In this document: piece after piece, positions 56,952 to 64,000 of the stretch
Numbering within the stretch: the stretch's first letter is position 1
How the letters are laid out: every line of letters starts with the position of its first letter
NCBI GenBank assembly: GCA_036735985.1
Contig: DAINNH010000001.1
Location: 103,735 to 167,734, forward strand
DNA: 64,000 nucleotides
Reading direction: 5' to 3'
DNA from: Candidatus Alectryobacillus sp.
GTDB lineage: Bacteria; Bacillota_I; Bacilli_A; RFN20; CAG-826
Notes under the pieces: generated by a model
Database searches by the model: none
Seen by the model: the letters and a program-made list of their open reading frames with translations, nothing else
What the model was told of the DNA's origin: nothing
Position numbers and translations under genes: made by a program

Positions 56952-57782
56952 ATGAAATTAACATTGAAAAAAACCAGAGATGGATATTATAAACAAAATG
57001 AAGATGGTTCTTGGGAACCAATTGATGTCACAATCACAAGTGATCGTGAAATTAGATGGAAAGCAGAAGTAGCTGCCAATGGAGGACATCGAATTCCTCT
57101 TCCGACTTATAGTTTAGCTAATGAACTTTGGAATTCTATTTCACATGGATTAGGTGGTATTTTCGGTCTTTATGTCCTTATATTTTTAGTTTTTTTAGTG
57201 GCGGCCTCTGATACTTTGCCAAAATCTGAATTTTGTTATTATTTAGCTTCGGCTATTATTTATGGTGTTTCATTGACTGTATTATTTACGATATCTTGTA
57301 TTTATCATGCCTTGGCTCCTAATAGAGGCAAACGTGTAATGAGAGTTATTGATCATGACATGGTATTTTTACTTGTAGCTGGGACATACACCCCAATTTG
57401 TTTAACTGTCTTAAGAGATGCAAAATTATGGGGAGTGATTCCTTATGCTGGTTGGATTATTTTTGGAATAGTGTGGATTTGTACGATTATTGGTATCGTT
57501 TTTAATTCTGTTAATCTTGAAAGACATAAAATATTATGTATGATTTTATATATTTGTGCAGGTTGGGTTATTGTTTTAGCTTGTTATGATTTAGGTGTTT
57601 CAAGTTTTGGATGGGGCAATTTTGCATGGCTTCTTAGTGGTGGTATTTTATATACCGCAGGTTCTATTTTATATGGGCTTGGAAAAAGTAAACCATGGAT
57701 GCATTCTGTCTTCCATTTCTTTGTCCTCTTTGCAGCTATTTTTCAATTTATTGGTATTTATTTTGGCATTTTCGCCCTTTAG
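56952..57782 (+). CDS. hemolysin III / PAQR family membrane protein with ~50-aa N-terminal extension
   Basis: NELWNSISHGLG, DHDMVFLLVAGTYTP and HFFVLFAAIFQF. 7 TMs. Confidence 0.85.
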   Translation: MKLTLKKTRDGYYKQNEDGSWEPIDVTITSDREIRWKAEVAANGGHRIPLPTYSLANELWNSISHGLGGIFGLYVLIFLVFLVAASDTLPKSEFCYYLASAIIYGVSLTVLFTISCIYHALAPNRGKRVMRVIDHDMVFLLVAGTYTPICLTVLRDAKLWGVIPYAGWIIFGIVWICTIIGIVFNSVNLERHKILCMILYICAGWVIVLACYDLGVSSFGWGNFAWLLSGGILYTAGSILYGLGKSKPWMHSVFHFFVLFAAIFQFIGIYFGIFAL

Positions 57783-57792
57783 TATTTATAAT
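57763..57792 (+). promoter_or_regulatory. sigma-A type promoter for uvrA inside the 3' end of the upstream gene
   Basis: TTGGCA (57763-57768), an 18-nt spacer, then TATAAT (57787-57792). The uvrA ATG is 8 nt downstream with no SD. Confidence 0.6.
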
Positions 57793-57800
57793 ACTAAAGT

Positions 57801-60650
57801 ATGGATGAATTTAATGAAGAATCAAAGAAATATATTATAGTTAAGGGAGCTCGTGAAAATAACCTTAAAAACATTGATGTTAAGGTACCTAAGAATGTCC
57901 TTAATGTTTTTACGGGTTTATCTGGTAGCGGTAAATCTACTCTCGCTTTTGATACTATTTATACTGAAGGTCAAAGAAGATATATTGAATCACTTTCGAG
58001 TTATGCTCGACAATTTTTAGGTAATGTTGAAAAGCCAGATGTTGAATCTATTGAAGGCTTATCACCTGCAATTGCAATTGAACAAAAAACGATTTCGCAT
58101 AACCCACGTTCGACGGTTGGAACTGTAACAGAAATATACGATTATTTACGTTTGTTATATGCTCGTATCGGTGTACCATATTGTCCTAATGATGGTACCA
58201 AAATCGAATCTTTTAGTGTTACTAAAATGGTCGATTTTGTCATGAGTTATCCTCTTGGAAGCAAAATACAAATTTTAGCTCCTTTAATTCGTAATCAAAA
58301 AGGTACTCTTAAAGATACTATCGATATGATAAAGGCCGATGGTTATGAACGAGTACGCTTTGATAATGAATTTAAATCTATTCAAGAATTGGGTGAAATA
58401 AACAAAAACAACAAGCATTTTTTGGATGTTGTCGTTGACCGTATTATTTTAAAAGAAGATTCTCGTAGTCGTATTTTTGATGCAATCGAAACAGCGACAA
58501 AATATAGTGATGGTTATGTAATTATTTATACCGAAACTGGTGAAAAACTTCTTTCGATGCATAATACCTGTAATGTTTGTGGGTTCAGTGTTCCAAAACT
58601 TGAACCACGATTATTTTCGTTCAATGCACCTTTAGGTTGGTGCCCAGATTGTCATGGTTTAGGCATTAATGAAGAAGCCGATCCGGATTTAATTATGCCT
58701 GATCGTTCTTTAAGTATTCGTGAAGGTGGAATTCGTTATTACAAAAATACTGTAGATACTTCAAATATAGATTGGCAAGATTTTGCTTATTTGTTACGAT
58801 ATTATGGCATTTCTTTAGATAAACCTCTAAAGGATATGAGTAATGAAGAAATGGATATTATTCTTAATGGTTCAAAAGAACCTTTAAGTTATGTAATTAA
58901 GTCTTCGAGTGGTAATACTTTACATCGTAATGGTTACCTTGAAGGAATTAAGAAAAAAATAGAAAGATTATATAATGAAACTACTTCAGAAATGACTAGA
59001 GACTGGTACTATTCTTTTATTCGTGAAAAAGAATGTACTACTTGTCATGGTGCTCGTTTATCAAAAGAAGTTTTAGCAGTAAAAATTGATAATTTTAATA
59101 TTTACGAAGCTACTTGTATGCAATTAGGAGCCTTATTAAAGTGGATTCGTGATTTAAGAGTAAAACTAAATCCCTATGATTTAGAGGTTAGTTCTTTAAT
59201 TTTAAAAGAAATTGAAAATCGTGTTGCTTTCCTATGCACAGTTGGTCTTGATTATTTAACATTAGCTCGTACTGCCCAAACTCTTTCGGGTGGTGAAGCT
59301 CAAAGAATCCGTTTAGCAACGCAAATTGGGTCCAAATTATCAGGTGTTTTATATGTTTTGGATGAACCAAGTATTGGTTTGCATCAAAAAGATACTGAAA
59401 AGCTGATTTATGCTCTTAAAGACATGGTTGCTCTTGGCAACACTCTTATTGTAGTTGAACACGATGAAGAAACTATTCGAGCAGCGGATTATATTATTGA
59501 TATTGGACCTGGAGCGGGAATTCATGGTGGAAACGTCGTTGTGGCTGGTACTTTAAATGATATTATGAACTGTAAAAATTCAATTACTGGAGATTATTTA
59601 GCGGGTCGACGCAAGATATTAGTGCCAATTACAAGACGTCCAATTGATAAAAAACGTGTTCTTAAAATTAATGGATGTTGTGAAAACAATTTAAAAAATA
59701 TTAATGTAAAAATCCCGCTTGGATTATTTGTTTGCGTAAGTGGCGTTTCGGGTAGTGGTAAATCAACACTCGTAAATGAAACTATTTATCGCGCTGTTAA
59801 AAAAGCTATCGATAAAACAGAAACATTCCCTGGAAAATATTCCACGATTACTGGATTTGAAAATATTGATAAAGTTATTAATATTTCTCAAGAACCAATT
59901 GGTCGTACACCACGCTCTAATCCAGCAACGTATGTTAAAGTTTTTGATGACATTCGTGATCTTTTTGCTGAAACAAAGGAAGCAAAAGAACGTGGATACA
60001 CTAAGTCTCGTTTTTCTTTTAATATGCCTGGTGGTAGATGTGAAAAGTGCCAAGGCGATGGTGTTATCCGAATTCCAATGAACTTTTTGCCTGACGTTTA
60101 TATTACTTGTGATGAATGTGATGGAAAACGTTATAATGAAGAAACTCTTCAGTGCAAATATAAAGATAAATCAATTTATGATGTTTTAGAACTAACAATA
60201 GAAGATGCAATGTCTTTCTTTGAAAATAGACCAAACATTTATCGCAAATTGAAGACTCTTTATGATGTTGGACTTGGGTATATGAAACTTGGACAACCTG
60301 CCACTACTCTATCTGGTGGTGAAGCTCAAAGAGTCAAGTTGGCTCTTGAATTATCAAAACGTCCAACTGGAAAAACTCTTTACATATTAGATGAACCTAC
60401 CACAGGTTTACATAGTGAAGACATTCGAAAATTACTCGATGTTTTAATGGGTATTGTTAATCATGGTGATACTGTTCTCGTTATTGAACATAATATGGAT
60501 GTTCTAAAAGTTGCTGATTATATTATTGATTTGGGTAAAGATGGTGGAAATAAAGGCGGTAATATCATCGCCGAAGGAACACCAGAAGAGATTTCTAAAA
60601 ACGACAATTCCTATACAGGAGTATGTTTAAGAAAATATCTTCATAATTAA
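57801..60650 (+). CDS. uvrA: excinuclease ABC subunit A
   Basis: 949 aa. Two ABC modules (GLSGSGKSTLAFDT, GVSGSGKSTLVNET; LSGGEAQR twice) and zinc modules CNVCG...CPDCHG and CEKCQGDG...CDECDG. Confidence 0.96.
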   Translation: MDEFNEESKKYIIVKGARENNLKNIDVKVPKNVLNVFTGLSGSGKSTLAFDTIYTEGQRRYIESLSSYARQFLGNVEKPDVESIEGLSPAIAIEQKTISHNPRSTVGTVTEIYDYLRLLYARIGVPYCPNDGTKIESFSVTKMVDFVMSYPLGSKIQILAPLIRNQKGTLKDTIDMIKADGYERVRFDNEFKSIQELGEINKNNKHFLDVVVDRIILKEDSRSRIFDAIETATKYSDGYVIIYTETGEKLLSMHNTCNVCGFSVPKLEPRLFSFNAPLGWCPDCHGLGINEEADPDLIMPDRSLSIREGGIRYYKNTVDTSNIDWQDFAYLLRYYGISLDKPLKDMSNEEMDIILNGSKEPLSYVIKSSSGNTLHRNGYLEGIKKKIERLYNETTSEMTRDWYYSFIREKECTTCHGARLSKEVLAVKIDNFNIYEATCMQLGALLKWIRDLRVKLNPYDLEVSSLILKEIENRVAFLCTVGLDYLTLARTAQTLSGGEAQRIRLATQIGSKLSGVLYVLDEPSIGLHQKDTEKLIYALKDMVALGNTLIVVEHDEETIRAADYIIDIGPGAGIHGGNVVVAGTLNDIMNCKNSITGDYLAGRRKILVPITRRPIDKKRVLKINGCCENNLKNINVKIPLGLFVCVSGVSGSGKSTLVNETIYRAVKKAIDKTETFPGKYSTITGFENIDKVINISQEPIGRTPRSNPATYVKVFDDIRDLFAETKEAKERGYTKSRFSFNMPGGRCEKCQGDGVIRIPMNFLPDVYITCDECDGKRYNEETLQCKYKDKSIYDVLELTIEDAMSFFENRPNIYRKLKTLYDVGLGYMKLGQPATTLSGGEAQRVKLALELSKRPTGKTLYILDEPTTGLHSEDIRKLLDVLMGIVNHGDTVLVIEHNMDVLKVADYIIDLGKDGGNKGGNIIAEGTPEEISKNDNSYTGVCLRKYLHN

Positions 60651-60672
60651 TGTGATAAAATAAAGGAGAAAT

Positions 60673-62163
60673 ATGAATTATTTTTTAACAATATTTGGTG
60701 CTTTATTGCTATTAGGATCAGCTGGTTATCTAGCTTATTGTCTTTATTTATCTGTTAAAGAACATCAAGAACCCGATAAAAAAGGTCTCATTCTTGAATA
60801 TTTGAGACTTGGGTCTCTTTTAGTGGGGATTAGCATTGGTGCTTATTTGGTGAACTTAGGTTATCTCGGATTCAATAATGTTGAACTTGATTTAGGTTCA
60901 CAATTATTGCTAGGTTTTGGATGTATTTTATTCTTTTTACTATTTGGCACATTCGTGACGTCTTTTGTCTTATATTATTATAAAAGATACACTGTAGATC
61001 TTCATAAAAGCATCTTAGGTTATATTGTTGGTTGTTCTTTTGTTTTGTCTTTATTTTTCTTTGCTATGTGGTTAGAAGGCGGTGCTAAATCTTTTGATTA
61101 TCCATTAGTTAGTGGTTTTTCAATTGATGGTACTGGTTGGCATTGGACAAATTATACGAATTATACATCATTCGGAAAAGTGCATATTCAATTTTATGCT
61201 TTATGTATTGTTTCAGGCGCTATCTTTGTTTATTTTCTTTGTGATCATAAATTTTATCAAAAATATGGCAAACACGGTTTACTTGAATCGACATTTTTTG
61301 TTGCATTTCCATCGGGTATAATCGGTGCTCGTGCCTGGTATGTCGTTGGCAATTGGAATGGCGATTTAAGTGGTGGTGGTTTTGCTTCGGACCCTCTAAA
61401 AATGTTTAATTTTACTGATGGTGGTTTAACTATTATTGGTGGTGCTGTTTTTGGTATTTTAGGTGGTGTTTTATGGGTTTATTTTACCCAAAGAAAGAGA
61501 TTTAACGTTCTTGATGCGGCTGATATCATTGTTCCAACAATTTTATTAGCTCAAGCTATTGGCCGTTGGGGAAATTTCTTTAATCATGAAGTTTATGGTG
61601 GCCAAGTTAGCATGGAATCATGCTGGTGGTTGCCTAATTGGCTTAAATATCAGATGGCTGTGAGTTTCCCAGATACTGGTGTTCCTTCTGGAAATATGTA
61701 TGTGCCTTTATTTTTATATGAAGGAATTTTAAATATTGCTGGATATTTTATCATTGTTTATGGGTGTAAAGGAATCAATGCCTGGGCCAAAGCTATTAAG
61801 GCTAAAAAAGAAGCGAAATTAATAGCCAATAATCCAATTAATGGCGGAAGTGCAGTGCTTTCAAATAGCGAAAGTCCAAAAGAGGTAAAGACATCATATG
61901 ATACTTTTCTTGCTCCTGGAGTTATCGCCTCTTGTTATTTAATTGTTTATGGCGTAATTCGTGCCCCAATGGAACTTTTACGTGATCCTAAGTTTAATAT
62001 GGGCACTAATGGTTTATGGTCGGTAATTAATTCGATTATTATGATTGGTGGGGGCATATTGTTAATTGTTTTGGCTTTTGTTTATCGTAAATATAAACCG
62101 GCTTTAGTTAAGAAATTTGCAAAAAATAAAAAGGCTAAAAATAATGATTCAATCAATGGTTAA
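60673..62163 (+). CDS. lgt: prolipoprotein diacylglyceryl transferase with ~165-aa polytopic N-terminal extension
   Basis: The Lgt core starts around residue 170: FYALCIVSGAIFVYFL, GGLTIIGGAVFG, AIGRWGNFFNHEVYG. The preceding 4 TM helices have no counterpart in a canonical ~280-aa Lgt. Confidence 0.85.
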   Translation: MNYFLTIFGALLLLGSAGYLAYCLYLSVKEHQEPDKKGLILEYLRLGSLLVGISIGAYLVNLGYLGFNNVELDLGSQLLLGFGCILFFLLFGTFVTSFVLYYYKRYTVDLHKSILGYIVGCSFVLSLFFFAMWLEGGAKSFDYPLVSGFSIDGTGWHWTNYTNYTSFGKVHIQFYALCIVSGAIFVYFLCDHKFYQKYGKHGLLESTFFVAFPSGIIGARAWYVVGNWNGDLSGGGFASDPLKMFNFTDGGLTIIGGAVFGILGGVLWVYFTQRKRFNVLDAADIIVPTILLAQAIGRWGNFFNHEVYGGQVSMESCWWLPNWLKYQMAVSFPDTGVPSGNMYVPLFLYEGILNIAGYFIIVYGCKGINAWAKAIKAKKEAKLIANNPINGGSAVLSNSESPKEVKTSYDTFLAPGVIASCYLIVYGVIRAPMELLRDPKFNMGTNGLWSVINSIIMIGGGILLIVLAFVYRKYKPALVKKFAKNKKAKNNDSING

Positions 62164-62806
62164 TCGGTTTAAACTTCTTATCTTTGATGTTGACGGCACT
62201 ATTGCAAATACCGATATGATGCTTATTAAAACTTATGAAACTTTATATAAAAAGTATCGCAAAGATTTGAAAGAAATTGATGTTGAGAAAATAAAGACTT
62301 TTTCTGGTCCGCCATTAAAAGAAACATTAATGCGTGAATTCCCAAATGTTGAATATAATTTGATTTTCAAAGAATATAAATATTATTCACATCCAAATTA
62401 TATTAAGTATGTTACTGCTTTCCCAAATACTCGTGAAACGCTGCTTAAATTTAAAAATGATGGTTATAAGTTAGCGATTGCAACATCTAAAATGCATGAC
62501 GCAACTCTTTTTACTTTGCACTTGTTAAACCTTGAAGATATTTTTGATGTTATTGTCGGTAGCGATGATGTTACAAATCCAAAACCAAATCGTGAAACTA
62601 TCGATAAAATTATAAAGATTTGCAATGTTAATCCATCTGAAGCAGTGTTAATTGGTGATACAAAATATGATATTTATACCGCAAAAAATGCAGGAATTGT
62701 TTCTATTATTATGCAATTTATGAATAGAGAAATGCCAAGTGATGCTACACCAATTAAGTATTGTAAAACTTTTGAGGAATTATATACTTTTATTAGAGGG
62801 CAATAA
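62144..62806 (+). CDS. HAD-superfamily phosphatase (PpaX-like)
   Basis: LIFDVDGTIANT, ATSK and IGDTKYD. It is downstream of lgt like B. subtilis ppaX. The ATG at 62144 is preferred over the TTG at 62117. Confidence 0.7.
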   Translation: MIQSMVNRFKLLIFDVDGTIANTDMMLIKTYETLYKKYRKDLKEIDVEKIKTFSGPPLKETLMREFPNVEYNLIFKEYKYYSHPNYIKYVTAFPNTRETLLKFKNDGYKLAIATSKMHDATLFTLHLLNLEDIFDVIVGSDDVTNPKPNRETIDKIIKICNVNPSEAVLIGDTKYDIYTAKNAGIVSIIMQFMNREMPSDATPIKYCKTFEELYTFIRGQ

Positions 62807-63771
62807 TGGAAAGCGAAATCTCTTTTTCTCAAAAAATTAAAGAAGAACTAAGCACCGCTACGAATAATAGTGATGAAAAAAATCTTGGTTTATTATCAGC
62901 ATTTATAAAAATAAATGGTTCTTTGAGAATACATGAGAAAAACTACATTTTAATGCTACAAACCGAAAATGCTAAAACAGCTAAATTCATATATTCTTTA
63001 CTTGAAAAATACTTTGATTGTGACCCACGTTTTGTATATCAAAAAAAGGAAAAACTAAATAAAAAAACCAACTATATCCTTACTATTGGGAAAAATGTTG
63101 AAAAAATCCTGAATGATTTACATATTGATTTCCTTAATGATGATATAGAGAAAACAATCGAGAATAATGAGCAAAAATACTTTGGCTATATTGATGGAGC
63201 CTTTTTAGCATGTGGATCGTGTAATTCACCTACTTCAAGTAATTATCATTTGGAACTTTCATTAGTAAGTTCCACATATGCTACTTCACTTCAGTCTTTA
63301 ATAAATCATAGCAAAAAATTCAATTTTAATATGCGCTTAATAAAGCGTCGTAACAATTATGTTATTTATATCAAAAAATCCGATTTAATAAGCTGTTTCC
63401 TTATTATGATAGGGGCAGTTGAATGCTGCATGGATTTTGAAAGCGTTCGAGTAGATCGAGATTATTCAAATACTGAAAATAGACTCATCAATCTTGATGG
63501 TGCTAATATGCTTAAAACTTACGAATCCTCTAATAAGCAATTAGAGAATATTAAGTTTATTGATGATAAAGTTGGCATTAATAATCTCAATAATGATAAA
63601 GTGATTCTTTTCTGTAAAGTGAGATTAGAAAATCCCGATTCTTCTATGAAAGAAATTAGCGAAATAATGAGCGAACGATATGGAGCGAAAGTTTCTAAGG
63701 GACAAGTTTATCACCTTATTAAAAAAGTTGAGGACTTTGCAATAAAATATGGAAAAGAGCGAGATAAGTAA
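62806..63771 (+). CDS. whiA: DNA-binding protein WhiA
   Basis: SFSQKIKEEL start, a LAGLIDADG-derived middle (GYIDGAFLACGSCNSP) and a C-terminal HTH (EISEIMSERYGAKVSKGQVYHLIKK). Confidence 0.88.
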   Translation: MESEISFSQKIKEELSTATNNSDEKNLGLLSAFIKINGSLRIHEKNYILMLQTENAKTAKFIYSLLEKYFDCDPRFVYQKKEKLNKKTNYILTIGKNVEKILNDLHIDFLNDDIEKTIENNEQKYFGYIDGAFLACGSCNSPTSSNYHLELSLVSSTYATSLQSLINHSKKFNFNMRLIKRRNNYVIYIKKSDLISCFLIMIGAVECCMDFESVRVDRDYSNTENRLINLDGANMLKTYESSNKQLENIKFIDDKVGINNLNNDKVILFCKVRLENPDSSMKEISEIMSERYGAKVSKGQVYHLIKKVEDFAIKYGKERDK

Positions 63772-63988
63772 TCTAACTTTAATAGCTTTGGGCAATAAAT
63801 TAAGACGTCTTCGCCATAAAAAAGGTAAGTCGCTTTTGATTGCCTCAATTTATTCAGAAGTTAATAAAACCTATCTTTCTGACCTCGAAAATGGTAGAAG
63901 AAATCCTTCGTTAAAGGTATTATGTAAACTTGCAAAATATTATGGTGTATCTTTAAGTGAATTATTAGAAGGAATTCCTTTACAATAA
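63749..63988 (+). CDS. XRE-family helix-turn-helix protein (79 aa)
   Basis: LGNKLRRLRHKKGKS...LSDLENGRRNPSLKVLCKLAKYYGVSLSELL is a Cro/C1-type HTH. It overlaps the whiA end by 23 nt. Confidence 0.7.
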   Translation: MEKSEISNLTLIALGNKLRRLRHKKGKSLLIASIYSEVNKTYLSDLENGRRNPSLKVLCKLAKYYGVSLSELLEGIPLQ

Positions 63989-64000
63989 CCTTGCGATTCT

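Noticed and set aside
63989-64000. CCTTGCGATTCT at the window end resembles the left arm and loop of the nusG terminator (TCCTTGCGATCTGCAAGGA at 16555-16573).
   Set aside because: The window edge truncates it, so the hairpin cannot be confirmed. It is probably just another terminator with a similar stem.
1-64000. Scanned for CRISPR arrays, rRNA genes, IS elements/transposases, integrases and phage genes.
   Set aside because: I found no direct-repeat arrays, no rRNA-like sequence and no transposase or integrase-like translation in any frame. tRNA-Lys at 47915-47990 is the only stable RNA gene seen.

Overview
This is a low-GC chromosomal segment from a Bacillota/Mollicutes-like organism. It uses the standard genetic code: TGA ends two ORFs (rlmB-like at 14785-14787, HAD at 11896-11898) and Trp is TGG. 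About 95% of genes are on the + strand. Most of the window is conserved core. It holds the end of the spc/alpha ribosomal operons (rpsE, rplO, secY, adk, map, infA, rpmJ, rpsM, rpsK, rpoA, rplQ; no rpmD) and a trimeric NuoE/NuoF/HydA-type [FeFe] hydrogenase operon. Next come HAD-cysS-mgtC-rlmB-sigH-like, then rpmG-secE-nusG-rplKAJL-methyltransferase-rpoBC. Two minus-strand membrane-protein genes follow, then rpsL-rpsG-fusA-tuf. After the accessory block come msrC-like GAF and Crp/Fnr genes (minus strand), an orphan ABC binding protein plus permease, acyl-ACP thioesterase-galU, pyruvate:ferredoxin oxidoreductase, hemolysin-III, uvrA, lgt, ppaX-like HAD, whiA and a small XRE gene. The one clearly accessory block is 33.6-47.9 kb, directly after the tuf terminator. 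It contains two split RDD-family membrane proteins, an orphan ectodomain+3TM protein and a MalK-type ABC ATPase with a ~200-aa insertion. It also has two permeases, two paralogous solute-binding lipoproteins, two staphylococcal-nuclease-type lipoproteins (one with an LTD-like module) and a zinc-ribbon membrane protein, and ends at tRNA-Lys(CUU). I read it as an expanded version of the nuclease-linked ABC importer known from mycoplasmas, and it is the best candidate for an uncharacterised capture-degrade-import system for extracellular nucleic acid. Other points worth a second look are a near-identical CRP-type box (GTGA-N6-TCAC) found twice, perfect palindromes at the hydrogenase and PFOR promoters, several SD-less genes with leaderless geometry (uvrA, rpmG), a divergent SigH/ComX-like sigma factor and a long N-terminal extension on Lgt. 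I saw no rRNA, CRISPR array, transposase or prophage genes. All calls come from reading the translations and the DNA by eye; no database search was run.
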